From positions 35,526,001 to 35,590,000 of the forward strand of contig CM060732.1 in NCBI GenBank assembly GCA_030704615.1: a DNA stretch of 64,000 bases, read 5' to 3'. Position 1 is the first letter of the stretch. Each line of letters begins with the position of its first letter. The notes beneath the pieces are model-generated. The model saw nothing but the letters and a program-made list of their open reading frames with translations. It made no database searches and was not told where the DNA came from. The translations under genes and the position numbers were made by a program. This DNA comes from Takakia lepidozioides (taxonomy: Eukaryota > Plantae > Bryophyta). Shown here piece by piece: positions 13,873-25,810 of this stretch.

Positions 13873-14694
13873 TTGACATAAGGGATGTGAGCGAAGTGAT
13901 CGCTGTAAAATGCAAATCCGTCCCTTCTCAATAGAAGCAGGATTTTGGATTTGTGGATGGTTATCAACCAGACTGGTATTCCAATTACAACTACCAGCCA
14001 TTTACCAACCTGGGTATAAATAATTTATTTTAATGTAATTAAAAATAAAGTGCTGGACAAAAACAACTTTCCCAAAGAAAATAAAACTCTGTTGCAAACG
14101 GCCTTTGCATTACATATACGTATTCTGTAGATATCTATAAAATCAAGAGAAATCAATTAGGACAATTGGCTCCAAGTCTCATCGGCCCGAACTTCTTCTC
14201 ATCCATCATATTGCATTTGAAAATCCTCTGATCAAGGAGAAACGAGGTGGCCAATGTCGGACCAACATGGCCGCATCTGCAATGAGGTTCTTCTCATCCA
14301 TCATATTGCATTTGGGTAGAAAAAGTCCTTTGATCGAGGTCGCGAACGTTGGGAGTAAATAGTAAAGAGCAGGTGGTGAGGCGTAGGCTGGATGTGACAT
14401 GTGCACCTGCCCAACATTGATTAAAAAGAAAACGATGACACAATTAAGTGTAAATTATGGTGTCTCTTCATCGACTATGGCCTTCCGTCGGAAAGTGGAC
14501 ACTTTGAACCCTAGATCACTAAAGTTATACAGAGGCAGAGACACAACTCCCAACCTATCTGCTTGATAATGATGCTTTGTCCATTGTTGCCCTAATATAG
14601 GTGTCGCCCTGTTGTTGCCTTTGCCAATACGAGCCTAGGTATTGCAGATACCACTGGATCCAGTTTTTAACCCCAGTATTATAAACATGAATAC

Positions 14695-15044
14695 CAGTGT
14701 TGGGAGGTTCTTTGATTCAGCTACAAACCCCCGGAGACTATCAAAAAGGTTATATGGATATATAACCGTGGTTCTCAGAAAAACAAAGAACCAGCAAAGG
14801 CTCATGACTGCCGGTTACGTAGTTTTGAGATAACCTCCTTGAAAACCGTCAAAGATCCGCCAAAGACCCACTGGTTATTTGATGAAAACCGCCGGTTCTT
14901 TGAGGTTCTTACAATTAACCGGAACCGGTGGTTCTTTCCATAAAAAATAAATGAAAAAACCGAAACCGGAGGTTCTTTGAACTAAAATTTTGTGAAAACC
15001 GGAACCGGAGGTTATGTAAGAAATCAAATAACCGCCCAACACTG
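14695..15044. mobile_element. hAT-type MITE (350 bp), same family as 10052-10400
   Basis: TIRs CAGTGTTGGG...CCCAACACTG; 8-bp TSD ATGAATAC/GTGAATAC (1 mismatch). Confidence 0.8.
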
Positions 15045-16799
15045 GTGAATACCAGCCCGGTCGGTACTCTGGTTGATAACCAGCCACACCCTATTACCAG
15101 TCCAACCTTGGTATAGTCTAAGCTGCAAAATCTCAGACAGGATATTATCCCAACAATTCAAAGGTATGCGTATTGGACTCGGACACTAAAGCTAGATGCT
15201 TCAAACACAAGGAAATTGATTGCAAGCAACTCATCATCCACACAAAGTGGTTTATACCCGTCTTGTTCCAATCAAGATGAGTAGCACAGCCCCGCGTAGG
15301 GGAAGCCGAGGGGGAACCAATCGATGATATTCTGATTTGAATGTTGCTACCAGGGAGAACAGCAAAAAAAATTCTCCAGCAATGAGTACAACTGAGCGTG
15401 CCAACCCTAGTGTTTATCGTAATTACACTTCCTACTTGATATTGCACATCAGCTCCCCAGGAAAGATCCAGGCTGCATGAGATACATCAGGTGTGTACAC
15501 TAGCTACACATCCGGAGATACTTTAGAAACAATCACCAAAAGGCCAACCAAGTTTCAAGGATGTAAATATTCCGCAAAACTTTCCAGCCACTTCTCCTAA
15601 TAGAGTCTAGTTCTTTGTCCTTTACACTGGAATGAAGGCTTGTCTCAAGAGAATCACAAGTTTCCTGGAAAAAGTATGTGAGTTCCGTCCCTTGTTGACT
15701 CAGCAGCCCGCTAGTGACAGGATCTGTCATCAGATTAGCGTAGACTTGTGGCTGAGAAGAACTCCCCTACACACTCGGCACACCCACTTGGTAACTAGCA
15801 GGTAAGCTGATTGATCGAGTCAGTATGCCCGAGTGTCTCTTTTTCTCTTCTCTACAATCAGTGCCGTAACTTCCAGATACTCGACCATAATGATGTGCTG
15901 CTTTCTCATACGCTTTGGAGTTGCTAGTGCACTTGCATACATTGTGCATATCTGCAGTAGTCTTCACCATAGGGTAACTTGCACTACCAGTGCACCGGGA
16001 AGAGCTCTTGCTTTGGTGTGCACCCTTGATGCTTGGAGATTCTGGTGGAGACCCCCCTCCACCCTGGACACCCCATACCATGAGTACATCATTCCGGCAA
16101 GAGCGAGGGTATTTGACAGTCTATGGTCTGACCAACATCAAGACGCCCTTTCACTGTTAACAAGCAAACACCTGGAGCAGGCCGCCTAGAGCTTGCTTCA
16201 ACCCCACCAATTTGACATATTTAGCTATCACTGTACCGTGTAATTAATATGCGACCAACACAACCCTGTAGGATTACTTGATTGAGATTAGCCTGTTCTT
16301 AACAGTACATGAGTTATACAAAAAAAAAAAACGGTGAATTAATTCTCACAAATGTTTTAGAGGGTAAAGGTGTACCATGGCACATACCATTTCACTGGAG
16401 CTAGCACAGGTAGTGTGGTGGCTGCTTGTACACTCTTTGGCAGGTACATTCACTGTGAGTGGCTGTGACTTCCCTTCCTTCGGCTCCTTAGTCAACTCCG
16501 CCACTTCCTTTAGTAGTTGCTTGTTCTCGTCTTCAAATTTCTTTGCCACCTGACTGGCAAGATTTGCCTTGCGGAGCAGTGATGAATTTTCCACTCGCAA
16601 TTGAGCAGTCTGAGCAACAGGAAAACAATGGCATGCTAGGTTCATGGTAGACCAACTCGTTTCCATGACCAGCGACTTCTGGCCAAACAAAACACGGAGG
16701 CAAGTCTCGTGCCAGTCCTATTGCAAGAAATGGAGCATGAAGGTAGAGTGGCTCACACCCAGTAACATGACTAGGAAGGCTGCAAAGAGGGGGGCCAAA

Positions 16800-17545
16800 C
16801 GTTGGAATGTCTGCCAGCGATAGAAAAACTACCTTTTGAGGAGCACAGCAGTGCACTTGCCGGTCAACTTCTGAGTAGGTTGAAAAATCAACGGTGTAGC
16901 ATGTACGTTGTGCAAAGTTACTAGGGCTCAGATACTCCAAGATAGAAGAGATTTGCGAGAGCCTCAAGCACGCAGACCAACATAGAACAATTGCTTGATC
17001 TCGGTGAAGCCTGCAACCGTGTTTTTTCTTGAAAATGAACCGCCATGGTGTCTATCTTCTGATCTTCAAGATGAAGTACTCGGTCTTCGTCTTGTTGCCT
17101 CATCAGATGAATGAAAAGCTTCATGATCAAAAGAATGGAGACAACGTTGCAGCTTACATTATAAAAATGCTTAGGATTTATAAAAGAGTGGAGACAAATG
17201 TAGCAGTGCAACAGGATGCGGACCGCGAATGCACCGGGTGCAATAAGAACATATCCGAACCAAAAAGTTTTTAGGGGGGGCCGGGTATGGGTGCCTTGAA
17301 AAAACTTGTAGATATCTAGATCCCGGGAATCAAAACTAATAGTGTTGATCCAGAGAGACAGAAAGCTAGAAAAAGAAGTGATGTTGAGATGTTCTAAGAT
17401 GCAACTGCAAAGATATGCAAAGAGGCAAATATATGTGATTGAAACTATTTCACTGAGATGACAGGAGAATAGTACCCTATCTCTTTTGCTAGAGAATAGA
17501 CACAATAGAGAATGATTTAGATGCTCATCTAATACGCAACACTCG
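16800..17545 (-). mobile_element. Diverged Penelope-like element fragment (pLTR-like module plus RT thumb remnant), inverted relative to 17546-19380
   Basis: Minus frame NTVAGFTEIKQLFYVGLRA*G matches STCAGFSEIRRLFYERLRARG of the neighbouring PLE RT; shared TGCACCCGGTGCA module. Confidence 0.7.
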
Positions 17546-19380
17546 TCAGTCATACACTTTAGTCATTTGCATGTCTTTGCAATTGCACTTTAGAACATAT
17601 CAACATCACTCATATCCTACCTATGTGTCTTCAGAATCATCTCTTTGAGTTTTTTTATAGATATCTTGAAGTTTTTTTCGGAGCATAACCGGCCTCCCTA
17701 AAAACTTTTTAGTCTGCACTGTGCTACTATTGCACCCGGTGCATTCGCGGTTCCAATTTGTTGTACTGCTACATTTATAGTTCCAATCTTTTGTAGGCCC
17801 AAAATGCGCAAACCTGTGGTGGTAGGGAGACCAATTTGTTCGTACAATGGGTACCTTTTTGAGCACGCATCCAAGTGGTTACATTACCATTTGTTTCCTA
17901 TTTTGCTTCAGGAACGTAATCATTTGATATATTCAATTTCTTTGTTGAAAGATCTGTCGAGTAGACAACTTCCTCGAGATGTGCTTCTATTCACCTTTGA
18001 TGTGGAGTCATTGTACCCTAGCATTCCTACTGGGGACGGGCTTCGACGATTGAATAACATGATTACCGGCAAGCTCAAGTCACCCCGGTTTGAAGGACTC
18101 GTCATGAGTCTTTCTCACTTGGTCTTGGAGAACAACTATCTTCAATTTGGCTCGAGCTATTGGCATCAGATCTGAGGCATTGCAATGGGTAGCAATTTTG
18201 TTGTTGTGTATGCTTGTCTCTTTCTTTGCAGCTTAGAAAGAGAGTTGGCTTGCGCAGCAAGAGGTATATGGCCTTTGTACTACAAGAGATACATCGATGA
18301 CGGATTTGGAGTCTGGGAAGGATCTCGGGCAAGTTTGGAGACTTGGCTCGATCGATACAACTCTCTCAGTCCCACAATTCGCATTCAAAGGGTGATCTCT
18401 GACTCTACTGTTGACATTCTTGATATTCAATTCTTCAAGGGAGCTGATTTTGTCAATAGTGGGATTCTATCTTCGAGATGTCATCAGAAGGCACTCAACA
18501 GATATCAGTACTTGCCATGGACGTCCTGTCATCCGCGACACCAAAAACGAGCATTCATCATTGGTGAGCTACGCCGATACACTTTGAGATAAAGCACATG
18601 TGCAGGTTTTTCAGAGATCATACGACTGTTCTATGAACGATTGCGTGCTCGAGGCTATCCAAAGTTTTTTATCTTAGAGTGTTTTAGACTATGTGACTAT
18701 GCACAACGTGCTACACTGTTAGCTTCAGAATCCACTCGTAAGTTGATGGGTAAGCGGGCCCCCTTCGTTTCTGAAACTTGAGCATTCTCGATATAGTCAA
18801 GCTCTAAACCTTGGGGGAGTCCTAAACCCTAATTTGCATGAGCATCTTTTGAAAGTTAGCATCTTTTTACAAACCTATGGTTTGTTGGAAAAAAACGAGG
18901 AATATACGTTCCTATTTAGTTCGTGCTAAGTTACAATAGAGTCAATTATATTGAATGAGATATTCTTGGCTTACAGACAAATTGGAAAAAATAATTTTTT
19001 CTTTTTTAGAAAAAAGACATTTTCTCGGCTAAATGAGATATTCTTGGCTTACAGACATAAGTTGGAAAAAGAACTTTTTCTTTTTTAGAAAAAAAACATT
19101 TTCTCGGCTAAAAGATACTTTTAGTTGTCTTTTTATCTTATGCTCTTTTTGAGACAACACTTATTCGACAGTATATAAGCTGGCAGTGAGGCTCATTGTA
19201 CTTCACTCCATTTCTTTCTTCCCACTGAAGAGCTCAAATTTTGAGCGAAACTAGTCTGGGGCTTATAAAGATTTGCTAGTATTCTGCATATAAGTGTGTT
19301 TTATCTCACTTTCTCTTTTGTGTTGTTGTACCTTACTCATTTGTGTAACATCACTCATTGTGTAACATGTGTAACATCAC
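17546..19380 (+). mobile_element. Penelope-like retroelement (5'-truncated RT at about 17797-18940, premature stops) with pLTR and hammerhead; no GIY-YIG endonuclease after the RT
   Basis: PKMRK..GRPI, FTFDVESLYPSIP, GIAMGS, YKRYIDDGFGVW, ILDI, YLPWTSCHP are PLE RT motifs; the ORF ends ...LVRAKLQ*. Confidence 0.9.
19221..19260 (+). ncRNA. Minimal type I hammerhead ribozyme
   Basis: CCCA-CTGAAGA-GCTCAA(ATT)TTGAGC-GAAAC-TA-GTC^TGGG: intact core, stems I and II, palindromic ACTAGT stem III. Confidence 0.88.
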
Positions 19381-19384
19381 TCAT

Positions 19385-19610
19385 TTCTTCAAGAAATCAT
19401 CACTGCGAATGCTATTTCGAACTTTTCGACTTTTCCCAATGACTTGATTTTTCTGGAGTCCCGCAATATCCGCGTCTATGCATCCCATTGAGGATCGATG
19501 ATGGTGTGCTCCAGACTGCTCTTCACCGTCACCAATCGATCCACCATCAAGAAGTTAGTGACAAAATGAGTTTCGCCTGGATTGTGGAGGCTGTATTTGG
19601 GTTCGTGCCT
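19385..19610 (-). pseudogene. hAT (DUF659-type) transposase fragment
   Basis: PGETHFVTNFLMVDRLVTVKSSLEHTIIDPQW resembles the hAT TRFATNF..L..K..L..W segment. Confidence 0.6.
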
Positions 19611-19612
19611 CT

Positions 19613-20240
19613 TATATCCCGGTGAGCAGCCGAAGCTCCGAGTTGGCCCGGCGGCCAATTTGGGAGTTAGGCGCGCGCATCAAAGCGAGTAACTATGACT
19701 TGAAGGGAAGCTTACTGAAGTGAAGTGTGCGACACTTGGTATCAGAGCTTAGAGTTCAGTACGCGATCATCCTTGAGATCGGCCTCATCATGGGGTCGGG
19801 CAAGCCAAATCGAAAGCGGAACGGCCCGAAAAATGATGATCCTGATGAGCCCGATGGGGGCGACGTGTCACCGAAGCGGCAATTTGAGGAGGCGATTCAT
19901 GCTTTTGAAGCAAGGCCGCTCAAGAATGGGAGGAATCTGGGAAGTCGGAGCCCGAGGACTTCCCGGAGGCTCCGCCAGACCAACAGACGTCTCCCATGCT
20001 AGCAGCCTTTTAGGACGGGTTGTTGGCGCAGTTTGGCGGGACGTTGAAAGACGTGTTGAAGGCGGCTAATGCCACTTCCACTAAGGCAAAGTTTAAGGTA
20101 AAGCCTAAGGAACCCGGCACCTTCGAGGGCGTCCAAAATCGGAAGGCACTCAACACCTGGCTCTTGGAGCTAGAGCAGTACTTCCAGGCGGCCAAGCTGA
20201 GTAACGAGGATCGGGTGGAAGTGGCTCCCACCTATTTGAG
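19613..20240 (+). mobile_element. Ty3/gypsy fragment (partial LTR to 19734, PBS 19737-19748, 5' gag), interrupted by a MULE at 20241; integrase piece resumes at 23939-24053
   Basis: Close match to about 26415-27044; PBS TGGTATCAGAGC. Confidence 0.9.
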
Positions 20241-23200
20241 GAGGTTTGCTATTTCATGAGCATGAGCGGCATGAGCGGCATGAGCAGAGTAGTAAGACAA
20301 TCGGTTTTCATGAGCAGAAGTACAAATTTCGAAAATAAAAAACAATAAAAAAACAATAATTTAATGCAATGTGTCAGGAAAAACAAATATATTATTCGGC
20401 CCCTTGAAGGGAAAATTGCAGTTTTGACAGTTGTGCTCATGATATTTCGTCTTCCGCTCATGCCAATTCCCAGCGACATGTGCAAATATGGCGCTGAATT
20501 TCGCGGTAATAGGGTCCGTAACCTGAAAAAACGGCGACGTATTTCGCGGTAATAGGTCTCTCTGGCAAAAAACGGTGCCGAATTCCGCGGCTATAGGTCC
20601 CCTCATGACAGGTAATTTGGCGCCATTTTTCCAGTGCATGTTCGGACTTAGCCAGTTTTCGGCGCAAAATAGGGAAATTCGGCGCCATTTTTCCAGACAC
20701 TGTACCAGTGCATGTTGGGACTTTGCCAGTTTTCGGCCCAAAAAGAGAAATTCGGCGCCATTTTTCCAGACACAGTACCAGTGCATGTTGGGACTTAGCC
20801 AGTTTTCGGCCCAAAAAAGAGAAATTCGGCGCCATTTTCCCAGACACAGGTACCAGTGCATGTTGGGACTTAGCCAGTTTTCGGCCCCAAAAAGAGAAAT
20901 TCGGCGCCATTTTTCCAGAAATGGCCCCACAACTGCTTTTGTTGGATCTCAGTTTGAATGGAATATTGCCTCATTCCAGGAGTTTTGGGATGCATTTCAT
21001 TACACTGCAAAACAAAGTCTGATACAGCAAAATGCATTTGAAAATATCCATATGGAGGATTCCGTTTGCCCCATCAATGATTTCTGGAATCCCTAAGGAG
21101 GAGTTTGTGCAGCTCGTTCACGCTCAACGCCGGTTCATGAATAAAGTCATCAATAGTCACGTTCATCCTCAACCTCTTCAGGTAGATGTAATACAGATGC
21201 TTGCACGGATAATACTTCGAACCCTTCTTTGCTTCCATCAACGAGAAGTCCGTACAATTGCAAGTGGGCTCCACTCCAATCGTAATTGTGTATACATCGT
21301 CACGTACAGCCGAGCCGGCCGTTGCCATCCGATACACACGCCCAAGGCCGGGTGGGGGTACGTCCACGGAGCTCTGAATAGTGCAAGCCATCCCAAGAGC
21401 ATTGGCAATCCGAGTCTCATTCAACTTGTTGGGAGGGTGTCGTCTTTTCACTCTTCCGAATCGCATTGTGGGATGTGCAGAATTGTCCAATCCGTCTCTA
21501 CTGGACCGAGCAGTCTGCAATGGCTGGGTCTGAGGAACCGGAAATGCGTGGGCCGGGATGTCTGTGCGTTGCACCATTCGAAATCCTGCTGCAGATATAG
21601 CATCCGCCTCATTCTGAGAGAGGCTGCAACCCGGTGCAACAGGCCAGACGCCCGGAGGCTTCGGCATTCCCTGAATCCCGTACTTGGGCTTGCCAAATAC
21701 ACAGGTCATTATGTCGTGCCTACAGAACCAAAATGTCTGCGTTGTGGCGTGAGCAAATGTGGGAGTCAAAAATCTGCCGCTGAAACAAGGTGCAGGTACA
21801 GCATCGTGTGGGTTCCTCCGAATCATCTCACCACAGCGTGCTCTCGTATCCACCCGGATGGCGCAGCACTTCCCTCGAAATGCCGGCAATGTCCTCGCAA
21901 TTCTCCACTGTGACTCTGACACTCTTGTCTCCACAATGGGAATGTTGTAATGCTTTACTACAGATGGCTCGTTATGTTGTCGGGGCACGCGCCCTGTGCT
22001 CAAAGGAGATGGCGATCTTGAACGTGCAAGACTTGCGGTGCTCGACGAGACCTCCTTGGGCAACATCACCGGACCACGAGGGAGCGTGCGAATATTCTTG
22101 TCAGCGCGCCATGAATCCTCTTCTCCGCCAGGTGCCTCGTCAAGTCTTCGTCTCACTGGACGGGTATGAACATCTCCTTCCAAATGTTGGCCTCTTCGCA
22201 GCAATGGCGTGTCACGCCCGAAGGCCCTCTCGCAAGGCCACCGCCCACTTCCGAGGATTCTTCGATCTAGAGGCAGTCCGCATCAGCATTTCCTGCCTGT
22301 CCGGCCCCAAGCCCCACTGTTTCTCTTTCAAGAACTCGTTGTACCTGCATTGCTGCATAATTGACCTCACAATGTCCTCCGTTGTGGCAGTGAGGATGTC
22401 CACCAGATGCGCCGCAGAGGAGGCACGCCAGGAAGAGTGCACTGATTCGGCCATGTTTGTTGTGGGCATGTCGGTGTCGGAGTCGAGACACATTTCCTGC
22501 ACAAGCACATGTTCAGGTTACAAGCAAGTTACAAATATGGCCAAGAATAATATTCAACGGGATGCGAATTCGTGCAACTCACCTCCCGCATATAGTCGCC
22601 GAACTGGAGAAAACGATAATGCCACCATGCTAGCCAACTGACCATTGCTCCCTCGTCTGATTTCCTTACAGCACCTGACGATGTCCACCAAGCCCGTATG
22701 CATGCAAACTGTGTCTCTGCATCATCCAAGGTGGGAGCGCGCTTCCACGCAAGGCACATGGAACGGTGCTCCTCTCTGAAATCTGGCGCCACGAGCCTGG
22801 TTGTGTACTGCGAAAGGCTCTGCAGAAAATGGAACCCACAAGATCTCTCCTTGCCTTCCATGGGAACATTGGGGTCTTGCCCGTACACCCTTAGGATGGC
22901 AGCCCAATTTGCTTGTGCGTTGTCCGCCATGAAACCACGGAAATTCGGAGGGGGCAATCCCGCCTTGGCCATCTGTTCGTTTATTCCCTGGCAAAGAAGC
23001 ATCTCCGATTGTGTGTCCTCTCCTTTCATCTCACAAATAGCAATTGTCATTAGCATCCTGCAGTGGGTGTCGTAGACATGTGCACCCATTGTCACCCACT
23101 GGTGATTTGTAATTCGCTTGATATGGTCGAACATGACCCAACTGTTTGACAAGTTCCCACTCGTCATCCTGTCGACCAGTTCGACGCCGCTGCCAGGTGC

Positions 23201-23938
23201 ACACGTGGACATTTTGAATACGAAACAACGATCTGCCTCAGTCCCTTGTCCTGGAAACCTACTTCCATGAATGTAGTCATATCCACATCGTCGCTTCACC
23301 TCCAGAATGGAGTGCATATCCGAGCCACGCCCAATTTTCTGTTTGCATGAGACAATGTGGTTTCGGACATTCGGTGAACATACGTGGGACACCGACTCCA
23401 GCAATGCCTCCATTTCCTTCTCGTCGAGAGGAACTCTATCGGAGCCGTCTCCGACATAATTCTGGCCAATGCCATCTTATGGGCGGCTTGGAGCTGTATC
23501 TGTTTGGGTTTGGCACCCGGTCTCAACTTAACCTCCTCCTGAACGAGCTGCTCTGCTTCGTGGGCAGCCTCCCGCGAGTTCCCCCTCGCCAATTTATGAC
23601 AATGGGAACCAACGTGTATGCAAGCTCGGGTGAGGTCAGGGAAACGGTGCAACACATAGAACTGCTTGGCATTACAAACAGACATGCAGTGTGGTGGTTC
23701 TTTGCAATGCGCACACTTAAATGTGGAGTTCGGAACCTTCTCCTGAGCTCGAAATGGTTGGTGAGCTGTGCCTGTCCAATCGGTCTCGTTCCTTTGACCT
23801 CTGGATTTAAAGTGGAAGCAAGTTGGGGAGAAACACCGCAACGCACCCGCACAAACAACGTAGCGCACCCGCACACCATCGAGCATCTTCATGCTGGTGG
23901 TTTTGGTAACGCACCAAGGATGACCGTCATGTTTTCTA
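20241..23938 (-). mobile_element. Truncated copy of the Mutator-like element (left TIR, 74-bp subterminal array, transposase lacking its 5' end)
   Basis: Starts GAGGTTTGCTATTTCATGAGCATGAGC like 49389; nearly identical to 49389-53070 apart from the inversion in the latter. Confidence 0.92.
21074..23938 (-). pseudogene. Mutator-family DDE transposase with C-terminal SWIM finger; intron 22582-22497; frameshifts near 23450 and 22210
   Basis: WVMFD (D1), FRGFMADNAQANWAAI (D2), CGFH (CxxH), TTNMAESVH (E), SWIM CNCTDF...PCKHL. Confidence 0.88.
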
Positions 23939-24053
23939 ATCCCCACCAAGGAGACGGCAACGGCGCAGGAGATGGGGCGACTTTACTTTGCCCACGTTTT
24001 CAAGCATCTGCATGGACTCCCGAAGGATATTGTCTCGGACCGCAATCCAACGT

Positions 24054-24725
24054 GGGGGTTGCAAATCCATGAGCATGAGCGGTGAGCGCATGAGCATGAG
24101 CAGAGTTTCCCGACCCTCGCCTGAACCTACACCGAACCTACTCTAAGGTGGAGGTCGGGAACCAAAACTGTCGACTTAATGCATAGTGGTAACACTCCAC
24201 GGAAATAGAAGGTCAAACGCCTATCACCATGGGCTGCAGGTGAGTTGTTGGAGTCGCCACCGACTATAGCACCACCCTCAAAATTGGCAAGTTTAGGCGA
24301 TGTTAGGTGTTATGGTCGCCACCGACTATATCATCCCAGTGAAAGCTGCACCCAAGCTGGACCTGTTGTGTCTATAACTACATAGTTGAAACTACTTGTT
24401 CTTGAAATGGACACTGTTGAAGCGTGACTGTCTGTGAGGGAAGGAGTGTGCACATGGGCATAAGTTTAATATTTGGGCATTGCGGCTGGCATGTCATGGC
24501 AATGGTCTTCATATCAATCAGCAGAGTACTAACCTGTTTCATTTGGATATTTGTTGCCGACAATTTAAAACTTCAGCAGACTAGGCTCAGCACTCCAACA
24601 ATTCCAAACCAGGGGAATGTGAAGGGTTGGAGGATGGCGAGGATGTGAAGATCATGCAATTAAGAAGACTGAACGTCGACATTGGAGTAAAATTTTGCGC
24701 AACATTCAATTACACCCATATCACT
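24054..24725. mobile_element. Terminus of a second, related MULE subfamily
   Basis: GGGGGTTGCAAATCCATGAGCATGAGCGG...CATGAGCATGAGCAGAG parallels the TIR at 49389 and 60683; inserted in gypsy integrase sequence. Confidence 0.6.
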
Positions 24726-25810
24726 GTACTTCATTTCCCTCCGCTTCCGATTCGCCTGCCTTTCATACCGTTTCCTAGCTTTGGCAATGTTGTACTTTGC
24801 GAGCTTCAACAAACGCTCGCGTTCTTCCAGTACCGCCGCTACTGCCGGTTCCTCAACGTCCTGGGCGGCCCAACTTGTCGGCACCAGAGGTGCTTTTCCA
24901 TAGACCAATACGAAAGGGGAAACTCCCGTTGCGGAGTGTTCTGTGTTATTATAACAGAACTCTGCCACGTCTAAGTGTTCCACCCAGTCTGTTTGGTCTG
25001 CCGTCACGTAATTCCGCAAGATCTGCTTCACTACGGAATTCACTCTTTTTGTTTGGCCGTCGGTCGTAGGTCGGAAGGCGGTGCTCATCTTCAGCCTCGT
25101 CCCCATCTTCTTCCAAAGTGTCCTCCAAAATTTACTTGTAAACTTTGGATCGCGGTCCGAGATAATATCCTTCGGGACTCCATGATGCTTTAAGACGTGG
25201 GCGAAGTAAAGTCGCCCTGTTTCCTGTGCCGTTGCCGTCTCCTTGGTGGGGATGAAATGGCCATTTTACTCAACCTATCCACCACCACCATGATTGCATC
25301 GAATCCTTTTGACAACGGCATAGCAGTCATGAAATCCATCGAGACGCTTTCCCAAGTCACCTCTGGAATCGGCAAGGGTTGTAACAGCCCCGCTTGCTTT
25401 TTGTACTCGCTCCGGTTTTGTTGGCATGTGGTGCATGTCTTGACATACTTCTCTGCCTCCTCCCTCAGTTTGGGCCAGAAATACTCTTTCTTCAAGAGTG
25501 CCGCAGTGCGCTTGGCTCCGTCGTGGCCCGCAAGCGGGCTATCATGGCATTCTCTCAAGAGGCTATCTCTGATCCCTCCCTTCGGCACGTAGAGACGCTT
25601 TTGCTTATACCGGAGCAGTCCATTTTGCAAGTGGAACTGTGATTTAACCCCCATCCTCAAGTCCTGCATCACGGACTTTGCCAGCTCATCCTTCCGGCAA
25701 GCCTTCCGGATCTTCCTTTGGAGCGCCGTCTCGCCCCTGTACACCAACAAGAGCTGTTGCTTTCTACTTAAAGCATCGGCCACCACGTTGTCCCGTCCCG
25801 GTTTGTACTG

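Noticed and set aside
15500-16750. Possible exons of a host gene (coiled-coil ORF 16346..16690)
   Set aside because: No recognisable domain or consistent exon chain could be built
17085-17110. CTGATGA on the minus strand as another hammerhead (also CTGATGA at 3084)
   Set aside because: No paired stem II followed by GAAA
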